From an uncultured Verrucomicrobiae bacterium (GTDB taxonomy: Bacteria > Verrucomicrobiota > Verrucomicrobiia > Limisphaerales > JAFGQR01): a stretch of 64,000 nt of DNA. Below the pieces are notes generated by a model. It searched no databases. It was not told the DNA's origin and was given only the letters and a program-made list of their open reading frames with translations. A program made the translations under genes and the position numbers. The stretch is from the NCBI GenBank assembly GCA_963788655.1, contig CAWBHS010000076.1, positions 64,001 to 128,000 of the forward strand. The letters run 5' to 3'. Every line of letters starts with the position of its first letter. The first letter of the stretch is position 1. Shown here one piece after another: positions 9,933 through 19,696 of the stretch.

Positions 9933-10166
9933 GTATTGAACAACCCCGAATGGACGCCGACGACGACGGTCCGGTCGGGAATGAACCGGTGTCGTCGGGT
10001 GTCGTGTATGCATCGGCCATGCCGCCGGGCTTCGCCAACGAGCATGCCGCCAGCTTCAATGGCCGTTCCTCGCAAATCCGCTTGAAGGAAGCGAGTTACC
10101 CCTTCGGTCGGGAAGGTTCTTGGAACGGATTATTCGAAACGCTGAAGCGGCAACGAATGTTGACGA

Positions 10167-10292
10167 TTAGCGCCCTTTGCTGGGAACTCGTTTGGCGGCC
10201 AAGTCCTGCCTTTTCTTCTCGTTCGCGCTGGTGGCCTTGGCCTGCTTCTGCGATGACTTTTTCTGGTTGGCTTTCGGTGATTTGTCGCCCAT
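10167..10292 (-). CDS. Small basic (Lys-rich) protein, 41 aa
   Basis: MGDKSPKANQKKSSQKQAKATSANEKKRQDLAAKRVPSKGR; resembles a recurring small-protein N-terminus (MGDKSPK) recalled from related genomes, not verified. Confidence 0.5.
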   Translation of the reverse strand: MGDKSPKANQKKSSQKQAKATSANEKKRQDLAAKRVPSKGR

Positions 10293-10613
10293 AAGTTTGA
10301 TCCTGTTCGGTACGTTTGCTTTCCGGCGGCATGTCAGTTTCTCCGCCAGGAGGCCCATCATGCCTCGCTGGAGCAGTCATTGTAAACTGTTTGTCGGAAT
10401 CCTTTCCTTCAATATGTTCCGCACGTCCGAATACGGTTTGGTTACGAATCCCGCCCAGGCGAAACGCCCCGGGTCCAGAGTCGTTCGGATTATGGCCTTC
10501 AATCTGAGGTTTTTTCGGGAGCGCCTGGGTGGTTTTTGGGGGGGAAATCGTTGGCTCGTTAATCCTTGCCGGAAGCACGGTCCTCGATTGTAATTGGTAT
10601 CACTGAAACAACC

Positions 10614-12206
10614 ATGTTCTTAAGTCACCGCAATTTCGTCTCAATGATTCTTCGCTTACTCCAGGCACACACGCTGCGGCTTGCCGCGCTGTGCGGAACA
10701 CTTCTGGCCAGCTCGGGCTTCCTGCTCACCGCCGCCGAGCGCCCCAACATCATCGTCTTCCTCGTGGATGACATGGGGGTGATGGACACGTCCGTGCCGT
10801 TTCTCACCGATGAAGCCGGCGCGCCGAAGCCTTATCCCCTTAATGATTTTTATCGCACGCCGAACATGGAGCGACTGGCGGTCCGGGGCATCCGGTTCAA
10901 TAACTTTTGTGCGATGAGCGTGTGTTCCCCGACGCGCATATCGATCATGACCGGGCAGAACGCGGCCCGGCACCGCACCACCAACTGGATCAATCCCGAC
11001 CGGGACAACGCCGGCCCCTACGGTCCGCCGCAATGGAACTGGAAGGGTTTGCAGCGCGGCGATGTCACCCTGGCCCGTCTCCTCCAGGCCAACGGCTATC
11101 GCACCATTCACATTGGCAAAGGCCACTTTGGACCACGGGCGTCCGCTGGCGCCGAGCCCCGGAATCTCGGCTTCGACCTCAATGTTGGTGGCGCCGCCAT
11201 CGGTGCCCCCGCGAGCTATTACGGCGAACGGAATTACGGCAACCTGGGCGGCAACGTCAAAAAGCAAGCGTCTCACGCTGTCCCGCACTTGGAGAAATAC
11301 CATGGCACCCACACGTTCCTGACGGAAGCGCTCACCCGCGAAGCCAACACGCGGATTGGCGAGGCGGTGAAGGCCAGCCAACCGTTCTTCCTTTATTTGG
11401 CGCACTACGCGGTCCACGCACCGTTCAATTCCGATCCGCGGTTTGCCGCCCATTATAAGAATTCCGGCAAGCCAGCCCCGGCCCAGGCGTTCGCCACGTT
11501 GATCGAAGGCATGGACAAATCGCTGGGCGACGTCCTCGACCATCTGGAGGCACTGGGCATCGCGGAGAATACGCTCATTTTTTTCCTGGGGGATAATGGT
11601 TCCGACGCGCCGCTGGGTGATCCCCACGAAGTGGCCTGCGCCGCGCCGCTGCGCGGCAAGAAAGGGGCGCATTACGAAGGTGGCATGCGGGTGCCGTTCA
11701 TCGCGGCCTGGGCCAAGGCGCGCGCGGACAATCCTTACCAACGGCGCCTCCCCATCACTGCCGGCGTCATCCAGAACCAAATGGCTTCCGTTTGTGATCT
11801 GTTCCCCACGATCCTGGGCTTGCTCGACCTCACCTCACCTGCGGATCACCGGGTGGATGGCCGGCGCCTTGATACCCTGCTCACGGGGCAGCGCGATCCC
11901 AATCGCCGTGAGACGTTCCTGATGCACTACCCACACTCCCCCCACCGCAGCGACTACTTCACGGTGTTTCGGGATGGTCCTTGGAAGGTCATTTATCACT
12001 ACTTTCCATCGAAAGCCTCCGCGGGTTCGCACTACCAGCTTTTCAACCTGGCCAACGACCCTTTCGAACAGCATAACCTTACGACATCGCAGCCCCAGGA
12101 ACTGCGTCGCATGATGCGGGAACTCGTGACTGCTTTGGAAGATCATCAGGCCGTTTATCCCGTGGACAAAGCCAGCCGGTTGCCGCTGAAGCCGCAGTTG
12201 CCCTGA
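10614..12206 (+). CDS. Secreted arylsulfatase-type (formylglycine) sulfatase
   Basis: RPNIIVFLVDDMG, CSPTR signature, IGKGH, GDNG, KGAHYEGGMRVP. Confidence 0.95.
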   Translation: MFLSHRNFVSMILRLLQAHTLRLAALCGTLLASSGFLLTAAERPNIIVFLVDDMGVMDTSVPFLTDEAGAPKPYPLNDFYRTPNMERLAVRGIRFNNFCAMSVCSPTRISIMTGQNAARHRTTNWINPDRDNAGPYGPPQWNWKGLQRGDVTLARLLQANGYRTIHIGKGHFGPRASAGAEPRNLGFDLNVGGAAIGAPASYYGERNYGNLGGNVKKQASHAVPHLEKYHGTHTFLTEALTREANTRIGEAVKASQPFFLYLAHYAVHAPFNSDPRFAAHYKNSGKPAPAQAFATLIEGMDKSLGDVLDHLEALGIAENTLIFFLGDNGSDAPLGDPHEVACAAPLRGKKGAHYEGGMRVPFIAAWAKARADNPYQRRLPITAGVIQNQMASVCDLFPTILGLLDLTSPADHRVDGRRLDTLLTGQRDPNRRETFLMHYPHSPHRSDYFTVFRDGPWKVIYHYFPSKASAGSHYQLFNLANDPFEQHNLTTSQPQELRRMMRELVTALEDHQAVYPVDKASRLPLKPQLP

Positions 12207-12409
12207 ATCGCTTCAAATCCGGAAGAATGCTGGGCGCGGCTATCACCTGATTGGGTCACAAACCCCAAGAACACTACGAAAGTTGCCGAAGGCCCTCAAC
12301 GGTAATGCATTTACCCGCTGTAGCAGGATTCGCCTGCTTGCGCTTCTGTTCGAAGTTCGGCAGCAAAAAGGAGAGCGACGAACCGGGCAGAAACCGCTAA
12401 TGTCAAAGC

Positions 12410-12634
12410 ATGAGCTACCAAAACCTCATCACGATAGAACCCGGAAAGCGGGGCGGACGTCCCTGCATACGGGGAATGCGGATTACCGTCTCCGATGTAC
12501 TGGGCTGGTTGGCCACTGGAATGTCGCACCAGGAAATCATCGACGACTTTCCAGAACTGACGGAAAAAGACATACGCGCCTGCCTGGAATACGCGGCCGA
12601 CCGTGAGCGGCGGCTGGTTACCGTGAGCTCATGA
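12410..12634 (+). CDS. DUF433 family antitoxin
   Basis: ITIEPGKRGGRPCIRGMRITVSDVLGWLATGMS..DFPELT..DIRACLEYAA. Confidence 0.92.
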   Translation: MSYQNLITIEPGKRGGRPCIRGMRITVSDVLGWLATGMSHQEIIDDFPELTEKDIRACLEYAADRERRLVTVSS

Positions 12635-12963
12635 AGTTGCTGTTCGATCAGAACCTCAGCTTCAAGCTCGGCAAGAAACTGGATGACCTGTTTCCGGGAT
12701 CCAGTCAGGTGAAATTACTCGGCATGGAAGAAGCCGAGGACCACGAGATTTGGGAGTACGCTCGACTTCGTGGTTTCACTCTGGTGACGAAGGACGTGGA
12801 CTATTACGAACGGAGCACCTTGCTGGGGCATCCGCCGAAGGTGATTTGGCTGCGATGCGGCAATCAAGCGACCGCGTTCATTGAGAGTTTGCTGAGAAAT
12901 CATTACGCGAACATTGTTCAGTTCGAAAAGGACGCAACGGTAGGTTGTTTGGAAATCTATTAA
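12631..12963 (+). CDS. DUF5615 PIN-like toxin (VapC45-like)
   Basis: MKLLFDQNLS...D.EIWEYA...LVTKD..PPKVIWLRCGN; ATGA overlap with DUF433. Confidence 0.9.
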   Translation: MKLLFDQNLSFKLGKKLDDLFPGSSQVKLLGMEEAEDHEIWEYARLRGFTLVTKDVDYYERSTLLGHPPKVIWLRCGNQATAFIESLLRNHYANIVQFEKDATVGCLEIY

Positions 12964-13150
12964 AGCCCCGAACGACATGGGCTGGGCACTGACCGAGAAT
13001 TGGCATGGCGAAGAGGCCGAGCGGGTGTAGCAGAAGATCGTGGATTTGACGCCGCCGGAATTTGAACGTCCATTCAACAACTTGAGGGAATTACGGCGGC
13101 ACAATCAATGCAGTGGACATCAAGTAGCTTGATCAACAACAGGAAATTCT

Positions 13151-15604
13151 ATGCAAACAACGAACCGCCTTCTTAACATGCTCCAAGTGCTGCTCTTGTT
13201 CGCTGGCCTCGTGCCTGAAGTGGGCGCGGTGGAAGGGCTTCTGGCCACCCGTCCAGACCAATTCAAACCGGTCACCCTGGAGGGGGTCCAGCCAAAGTTT
13301 TCTATCCCGCCCGATTCCCGGCTGGCGCGGAATGAGCATCCCCGGTTCCTGGTCACTCGGGAGGACTTGGAGACGCTGCAAAGACGCCGGTCTGATCCGC
13401 GGTTGGCGGCGGAATTTGAAGCACTGAAGCGACAGGCTGACCGCGACCGGCCAACCGACTGCATCGGCTTGAAACGCGCGCTGCTCTGGAAATTCACCGG
13501 CGATCGGAAATACCTCGACGCCATCAAAAATTCCCCGGATTTCAAGCGGCCTGCATGGACGTTCAGTTGGCCGGCCATGATCGACCTGATCTGGGATGAC
13601 TTGACGGCAGCAGAACGCACCGAGCTGTCCGGCCTGGTGGTCAAAGCAGTGAGCAAGGATGGCGCTTTGTATTGGCGACCGACACTCCACCTCGTAAGTG
13701 TGTTCTACGAAGGTGGCCAGGGGCCGAATGACCCGGCTTTGCTGACGCGAATGAAACACGATTTTGACCAGACACTGATCCAATGGACCGACAAGTTGAA
13801 CCGTTGGGCCGCCGGACGCGGCGGTTCGGACATGAGCCACGGTTACAATGGCGAGCACGCTTACTGGGAGCCGTTCGTAGCCGCGATCGGTTGGTCGCAC
13901 GCCACGGGCGAGGATTACCTGAGCCGCGCTGACTTCACCAAATACCAAAGTGCCTTTTACTGGTATCACTTTGTGCCGGGACTGACTCCGCTCACAGTCG
14001 AGAAAATCGGCGTGACGCGCACCGCCGACGATCCCAGTGCGGTGACGCCGGCGCACAGCGGCGCGAATCACTTGCTCTTTCTAACGTTCACCCGCGAACA
14101 TGACGGCCTGGGGCTGGCCTGGATGGAAACGTTCCACGCCCAGGAACCCGCCTGGAACCGTGACCGCGAAGCGTTGGGCCGGTTCCTTTGGTGGGACCCG
14201 GATCAAAAGCAGCTCGATCCCACGACACTCCCAACCACGCGCCTTTTTCCCACATCCGGCCACGTGACCATGCGCTCGGACTGGGGTGAGGACGCGACTT
14301 TCGCCACGTTTCGCTGCGGGCGTTTCGGGGAGATCGATGGCACGTGGGGTCGAAACAATGCGGACAATCTCAGCTTCACGATTCGCAAGCGCGGACCGCT
14401 CGCCATTGATTCCGGGCCGGTGCATGGTCAGAACACGACGGTGCTCAAGTTCTACGGTGAAGGGAGCGACTCAGGCATTCCCGCCATCGGCAACTACGGG
14501 CGCCAGACCATCGCGCACAATTCCATCACCATCGGCGACGGCGAATACGTGCATCGCGATTGGCGGGGCCGCACGACGGGCAACGTGGTTCGGCGCGGCG
14601 GACAATCGGTTCCGCAGGCTCCGGATTGGTGGGCCCAATGGGGCTTCACCAACGCCCAGAACGATTTCATGGAGGGACGGATCACCGCCTACCGCACCCA
14701 TCCGCTTTATGATTACGCCTGCGGCGACGCCCGCTTCAGTTATCCGCCGGAATGGGGCGTCCAGGAAATCACGCGGCAGTTCATCTATCTCAAACCGGAC
14801 GTGTTTGTGATCTATGACCGGCTGGTGCTGGCCGATCCGGCGAAGAAGCCTTGCTGGATGCTGCACACTTTGCGCGAACCCAAAGCCAACGGCACGGAAA
14901 CGGCGCTGACACCGGAAGAGATCGGTCCCCAGTATTTCTGGAGCGGTCAGGGGAAAGTGCCGCATCCCAATCCCGGTGGGCAGGTGTGGATGGGGGGTGA
15001 TGGATTCACGGTGGAATCCGGTTCGCCAGGGAAGCCGGGCGGCGGATGGCTCCACGTCCGCACGCTGTACCCGACTGCCAATGATTGCGAACGCAAGAAG
15101 ATCGGCGGCAAAGGCCATGATTTCGAGGTGGGCGGCGTGCAATACGGTTTGAGCGACGAAGGCTATCAACAGGCCGAGAGCCCCTACGCCGTACGGAGCA
15201 CCATTGGGTTGCTGGGGTGGCGGGTGGAACTCCGGCCCCAAACGCCTTCCCGCAACGTGGAATTTCTGCACGTGCTTCAAGCTGGCTTGAACGGTCAGAC
15301 GCCCGACGCCGTTCTTAGCGCCACCCATGAAACCACCGCGGCGATGCAAGTCGTCACCGTGCAACAGGGCGCCCGGCGGTTCGTCCTTCACCTCAATCGC
15401 ACCGGCCCACGGGGCGGTTCCCTTTCCGCAAAGGATGAGACTATTTACATTGATGACTCGTTGCCAACGCAAGTGGAAGACCACTGGCGCTATTTCAAAA
15501 ACGACCCGCATTTCAAAGACTGGGTAACGGACCCGCGCTATCGAGTCGTCATTGAGCCGACCGCCCAAGACCGGCAGTGTCTGGAGCAGTTATTGCCTCG
15601 ATGA
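13151..15604 (+). CDS. Secreted heparinase II/III-like (polysaccharide lyase-fold) protein
   Basis: Signal peptide; HPRFLVT N-terminal motif; GHVTMRSDW..ATF.CG, SFTI..RGPLAIDSG, QTIAHNSITI, VFVIYDR, WMLH, GWRVEL, FLHVLQ. Confidence 0.75.
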   Translation: MQTTNRLLNMLQVLLLFAGLVPEVGAVEGLLATRPDQFKPVTLEGVQPKFSIPPDSRLARNEHPRFLVTREDLETLQRRRSDPRLAAEFEALKRQADRDRPTDCIGLKRALLWKFTGDRKYLDAIKNSPDFKRPAWTFSWPAMIDLIWDDLTAAERTELSGLVVKAVSKDGALYWRPTLHLVSVFYEGGQGPNDPALLTRMKHDFDQTLIQWTDKLNRWAAGRGGSDMSHGYNGEHAYWEPFVAAIGWSHATGEDYLSRADFTKYQSAFYWYHFVPGLTPLTVEKIGVTRTADDPSAVTPAHSGANHLLFLTFTREHDGLGLAWMETFHAQEPAWNRDREALGRFLWWDPDQKQLDPTTLPTTRLFPTSGHVTMRSDWGEDATFATFRCGRFGEIDGTWGRNNADNLSFTIRKRGPLAIDSGPVHGQNTTVLKFYGEGSDSGIPAIGNYGRQTIAHNSITIGDGEYVHRDWRGRTTGNVVRRGGQSVPQAPDWWAQWGFTNAQNDFMEGRITAYRTHPLYDYACGDARFSYPPEWGVQEITRQFIYLKPDVFVIYDRLVLADPAKKPCWMLHTLREPKANGTETALTPEEIGPQYFWSGQGKVPHPNPGGQVWMGGDGFTVESGSPGKPGGGWLHVRTLYPTANDCERKKIGGKGHDFEVGGVQYGLSDEGYQQAESPYAVRSTIGLLGWRVELRPQTPSRNVEFLHVLQAGLNGQTPDAVLSATHETTAAMQVVTVQQGARRFVLHLNRTGPRGGSLSAKDETIYIDDSLPTQVEDHWRYFKNDPHFKDWVTDPRYRVVIEPTAQDRQCLEQLLPR

Positions 15605-15613
15605 AGTATTTAT

Positions 15614-15657
15614 TTGCCAACAAACCATTCGTGCAGTATTTTCTGTCTAAACAGAAA
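15614..15657 (+). promoter_or_regulatory. Sigma70-type promoter with overlapping palindromic operator (site 1)
   Basis: TTGCCA(15614-15619)-N17-TATTTT(15637-15642); perfect inverted repeat TTTCTGT-N4-ACAGAAA at 15640-15657. Confidence 0.7.
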
Positions 15658-15668
15658 TAAACGAAACA

Positions 15669-16199
15669 ATGCCGAAGCTCAGTAAAGTTCAGCAGAAGTT
15701 CATCCTCCACTGGGGCGAGATGGGAACCCAGTGGGGCATCAACCGCACCGTGGCCCAGATTCACGCGCTGCTGTTCATTTCGCCCACGCCGCTCAACGCG
15801 GATGACCTGGTCGAGACGCTGGACGTGGCCCGCTCGAACGTGAGCGCCAGCCTCAAGGAATTGCAGGGCTGGGGTATCGTGAAGCGCGTCCACGTGATGG
15901 GCGACAAGCGCGACCATTTCGAGAGCAAGAAGGATGTCTGGGAAATGTTCCGGGTGGTTTTGGACGAGCGGAAGAAACGCGAGATTGACCCGACGCTGGC
16001 CCTCTTGCACGAGTGCGTGGCGGAGGCGGAAACGGACAAGGCGACCGACCAATACACCGAAAACAAACTCAAGGAACTGGTCGATTTCTTTGAGGTCACC
16101 GGCTCGTGGTATGCCCAGGTTCGCCAATGGCCCACGTCCGCCCTGACCCGATTCATCAAACTCGGCAGCAAAGTGCGTCAACTTTTGGGCTTGGATTAG
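15669..16199 (+). CDS. GbsR/MarR-family transcriptional regulator
   Basis: FILHWGEMGTQWGINRTVAQIHALL...ARSNVSASLKELQGWGIV...GDKRDHF..ERKKREIDPT. Confidence 0.9.
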   Translation: MPKLSKVQQKFILHWGEMGTQWGINRTVAQIHALLFISPTPLNADDLVETLDVARSNVSASLKELQGWGIVKRVHVMGDKRDHFESKKDVWEMFRVVLDERKKREIDPTLALLHECVAEAETDKATDQYTENKLKELVDFFEVTGSWYAQVRQWPTSALTRFIKLGSKVRQLLGLD

Positions 16200-16221
16200 A
16201 CCGCAGCTAGATTTTTTTTGA

Positions 16222-17505
16222 GTGATAATTTCAGTGCTTACAGAAAATACCATAAATGCCGAATTTAACGAGGCGCGCGGCTGGATCTTCTACGACGCGG
16301 ACTGCGTGCTCTGCGTGCGAATCATGCGACGCGTTCGACGGTTGTTTGAAACGCGCGGATTCCACTGGCTGCCATTGCAATCGCCTGGAGCGGCGGCGCG
16401 GCTGGGCGTGAACGAAATTGCGTTCGCCACTCGCATGCACGTGCTCACCCAACGGGGTGGCGTGTTCCACAATGCCGACGCGCTGGGAATTCTTTGCCGT
16501 TCGGTCTGGTGGCTGTGGCCGCTGGGCGTCCTGCTCCTGGTGCCGGGCTTTCGCGGGCTTGCTCGCCTTGGCTATGATTGGATTGCCCGCCATCGCTATT
16601 GCTTGGGCGGACAGTGCGCTCGCCGGCCCGTGAAGCAAAGGTCAGCCGGCGTGGTCACTTGGATTCCCGCCGTGCTGTTGCCGATCTTGGCGTGGTTATG
16701 CACCCGGCACCTTCCGGCATGGCTGGTTATGTGGGCGTTGGCCTTCGCCCTGTTCGCCGGATGCAAATGGGCGACCTGCTGGGAAGCTTTCCGCGCTGGC
16801 CTGAACCCAAGCGGCAAACGTATCCTGGGCTACATATTTGTCTGGCCGGGGATGAATGCGCAGACGTTTTTCGACGAAAGCAAGGCGTTCGTGGTGGCGA
16901 GCAACGCCTGGGCCTGGGGACTGGCCAACTTGATTGGAGGCGCGGCTCTCGTCTGGGGAATTGTTCCGCAACTCATCGACGCGAAGCCGATGTTGGCCGG
17001 ATGGCTGGGGATGTTCGGGTTGGCGCTGATGTTGCATTTTGGGCTGTTCGCCCTGTTGGCCTGGGCGTGGAGGCGTGTCGGTGTGAACGCCACGCCGATT
17101 ATGCAAACGCCCGTGGCCGCGACGTCGTTGTCGGAATTTTGGGGAACGCGTTGGAACACTGCCTTTCATCAACTGGCGAATCGTTACGTGTTTCGTCCGC
17201 TGGCGCGTCGTGTCGGCGTCCGTATGGCGGCGATGGTGGTCTTCTTAACCTCAGGCTTGATTCACGACCTCGTCATCTCCGTTCCTGCGCATGCGGGCTA
17301 TGGATTACCCACGCTCTACTTTGCGATCCAGGGCCTGGGCGTACGGTTTGAACGAACTGGCATTGCCCGGAAACTTGGACTGGGAAATGGGCTCGCTGGT
17401 TGGTTGTTCACCATGGCGGTTACGGTGGGGCCGGCGGCTTTGCTGTTTCACCCGAAATTTGTCCACCATGTCATCGTGCCATTTCTGCGTGCCTTGGGCG
17501 CTTAA
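16222..17505 (+). CDS. Fusion of DCC1-like thiol-disulfide oxidoreductase (DUF393) and MBOAT-family acyltransferase
   Basis: N-terminal WIFYDADCVLC...GYDWIARHRY; C-terminal multi-TM region with ATSLSEFWGTRWNTAF and FLTSGLIHDL (MBOAT His). Confidence 0.82.
   Translation: MIISVLTENTINAEFNEARGWIFYDADCVLCVRIMRRVRRLFETRGFHWLPLQSPGAAARLGVNEIAFATRMHVLTQRGGVFHNADALGILCRSVWWLWPLGVLLLVPGFRGLARLGYDWIARHRYCLGGQCARRPVKQRSAGVVTWIPAVLLPILAWLCTRHLPAWLVMWALAFALFAGCKWATCWEAFRAGLNPSGKRILGYIFVWPGMNAQTFFDESKAFVVASNAWAWGLANLIGGAALVWGIVPQLIDAKPMLAGWLGMFGLALMLHFGLFALLAWAWRRVGVNATPIMQTPVAATSLSEFWGTRWNTAFHQLANRYVFRPLARRVGVRMAAMVVFLTSGLIHDLVISVPAHAGYGLPTLYFAIQGLGVRFERTGIARKLGLGNGLAGWLFTMAVTVGPAALLFHPKFVHHVIVPFLRALGA
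16229..16246. promoter_or_regulatory. Second copy of the operator (TTTCAGT-N4-ACAGAAA)
   Basis: Matches site 1 at 13/14 arm positions; lies within codons 3-9 of the next ORF. Confidence 0.65.
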
Positions 17506-17523
17506 ACAAAGAAAGGAATTAGC

Positions 17524-17940
17524 ATGAAACTCGTCACCTTACTCCAACTCGCCGGAATTATGCACGTGGGCTTGATTGGGGCCGGCGCACTGATGCCCGG
17601 CGTCGTCGGTCTGCGCGCGCATCTGGCAAAGCTGCCGCCGTTCATCCGCCGACTGGTGTGGGTCTATTACACCTTCATCGGTTTTTGCCTGATTGCGTTT
17701 GGTAGCATGACCTTCTTCTTCGCGGACGCGATGGCGTCGGGAACGCCACTGGCACGGGCGTTGTGCGCTTTCTTCTGCTTGTTCTGGATGCTGCGATTGG
17801 TGGTGGCGACCTTCGTGTTCGACCTCCGGCCGTATTTGACCAATCGGTGGCGCCGCCTCGGTTACCACGCCACCAATATCGTGTTTGGGCTGCTTCCCAT
17901 CATCTATGGCTGGGCAGCCTTGAAGGGAGGACTGACATGA
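17524..17940 (+). CDS. Hypothetical 4-TM membrane protein
   Basis: AAGGA SD upstream, four hydrophobic segments, ATGA overlap with the next gene. Confidence 0.75.
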   Translation: MKLVTLLQLAGIMHVGLIGAGALMPGVVGLRAHLAKLPPFIRRLVWVYYTFIGFCLIAFGSMTFFFADAMASGTPLARALCAFFCLFWMLRLVVATFVFDLRPYLTNRWRRLGYHATNIVFGLLPIIYGWAALKGGLT

Positions 17941-18722
17941 AGTCACCTATCAAATACGTCCGTGCGGTGATGACGCGACGGATTCTGGTCAATTTCCGGG
18001 TGCGACCGGAGGCCTTGCAAGCGGTGCTACCCGCGCCCTTCCGGCCCAAACTCATCAATGGTTGGGGCCTCGGCGGAATATGTCTGATCAAACTCCAACA
18101 CCTGCGACCTTGGTTCCTGCCCGACTTTGTCGGGACTTCCTCCGAAAACGCTGCCCATCGCATCGCGGTGGAGTGGACGGAGGCCGGTGTCATCCAAAGT
18201 GGCGTCTTCATCCCGCGCCGGGACACGAATTCAGTCGTCAACCTGCTGGCCGGCGGACGACTGTTTCCCGGAGCGCATCACTTTGCGCGGTTCCAATGCG
18301 CCGAGACGGAACAACAGTTTCAAGTCGCGCTGCGCAGCCGCGATGGGGAAACGGTTGTCCGGATCGAAGCCCACCTTGCGAATGAATGGCCGACGGGTTC
18401 CGTTTTCGCGTCGCTCGAACAAGCTTCGGCCTTTCTGAAGGAGGGAAACTGCGGCTGGTCGCCGTGTGAAGGCGGCCGCCATTTTGAAGGAGTTGAACTG
18501 CGCACCGAGCGTTGGGAAATGCAATCCCTCGCGGTGACGCATGTCCAATCCAGCTTCTTTTCGGACAAGCCTCGGTTCGCTCCCGGTAGCGTTGAGTTTG
18601 ACTCCGCACTGCTCATGCGCGGTATTCCACACACTTGGAACGCGCTGGAGTCTGGAAATTCCATCGTCTCTGTTCAACCCAGCAATCGCCACCGAACACG
18701 GACATTTCTCGAAATGCCGTGA
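17937..18722 (+). CDS. DUF2071 family protein
   Basis: RRILVNFRV.PE....LPAPFRPKL..G.GGICLI...SSENAAHRIAVEW...GVFIPRRDT. Confidence 0.8.
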   Translation: MKSPIKYVRAVMTRRILVNFRVRPEALQAVLPAPFRPKLINGWGLGGICLIKLQHLRPWFLPDFVGTSSENAAHRIAVEWTEAGVIQSGVFIPRRDTNSVVNLLAGGRLFPGAHHFARFQCAETEQQFQVALRSRDGETVVRIEAHLANEWPTGSVFASLEQASAFLKEGNCGWSPCEGGRHFEGVELRTERWEMQSLAVTHVQSSFFSDKPRFAPGSVEFDSALLMRGIPHTWNALESGNSIVSVQPSNRHRTRTFLEMP

Positions 18723-18763
18723 CGGCGATTCATGTCCACGCTTGATGCGCGCCAAACCAGCTT

Positions 18764-19696
18764 ATGAAAACGCAAGCGAACTACCTCACTCAGGTTGCCT
18801 GGCGAGATCTCGTGCCGCTCTCCACCGCCGAAAAGATGTGGGAACTCACGTTGCGCCTGCCGTGGCTTGGATTGTCATTGTGGCTTTACCAAGTCGGGTG
18901 GTGGCGGCTGGGAGCGATGGCCTCGTTTTACTTCTTTTTGACTGGTCTGCGGCAGTCCCACAATGCCCAACACTATTCGCTCGGACTTTCGCACCGAATC
19001 CAGGACACGATTTTGTTCATCCTGAGCGGGCTGATGCTCGCCAGCATGCATGCGGTGCAAGTGACACATTTGCACCATCACCGCCACTGTCTTGCGGAGG
19101 CTGACGTGGAAGGCGCGACGGCGCGGAAAGCCTGGTGGCGGGCCTTGCTGGAAGGACCGCTGTTCATTGGGCGGCTGCACTGGTTTGCCTGGCAGTTGGC
19201 GGGCCGCGTCAAGCGCCGGTGGATCCTCGCTGAATTGGCGGTGATGGCCGCATGGCTTGGACTGGTTTTCGGGGTTTTCAAATGGCCGGCCTGGCGTTGG
19301 CACGCGGGAGCCATGCTGGTGGGCGAATGTTTCGCGGCGTTCTTTGCGGTATGGACGGTTCATCACGACTGCGATTCCGACGCGGCCATCGGGCGGACCC
19401 AACGCGGCCGATGGTGGACGGCTCTGACTTACAGCATGTTTCTCCACGCCGAACATCATCTTTTTCCCGCGGTGCCTACGATTCACCTCGCCCGGTTGGC
19501 GGAACGGCTCGACGCCGCCGGCTTGAATTACCAACCTCAGAGTGTGTTTAAAACGGGTAGCCGCCAACCTCAGAACGCGGATTCGCCAGAGTCAAGTGGC
19601 CAAAACGTCCACCTCCTTGCGTCGGTGGCTACAGGATTACGGAATGTCAAAACATGCCCAGAGGTCAACTTGGGCCGGAGCCGAGCAAGACTATGA
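18764..19696 (+). CDS. Membrane fatty-acid desaturase-family di-iron enzyme
   Basis: Three His boxes HNAQH, HLHHHRH and HAEHHLFP with hydrophobic segments. Confidence 0.88.
   Translation: MKTQANYLTQVAWRDLVPLSTAEKMWELTLRLPWLGLSLWLYQVGWWRLGAMASFYFFLTGLRQSHNAQHYSLGLSHRIQDTILFILSGLMLASMHAVQVTHLHHHRHCLAEADVEGATARKAWWRALLEGPLFIGRLHWFAWQLAGRVKRRWILAELAVMAAWLGLVFGVFKWPAWRWHAGAMLVGECFAAFFAVWTVHHDCDSDAAIGRTQRGRWWTALTYSMFLHAEHHLFPAVPTIHLARLAERLDAAGLNYQPQSVFKTGSRQPQNADSPESSGQNVHLLASVATGLRNVKTCPEVNLGRSRARL

Noticed and set aside
9950..10100. Possible LamG-like fragment (..HAASFNGRSSQIRL..)
   Set aside because: Too short and degenerate to support a call.
12964..13110. TPR-like fragment with an internal stop after the TA pair
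   Set aside because: About 45 codons, no start; at most a decayed remnant.
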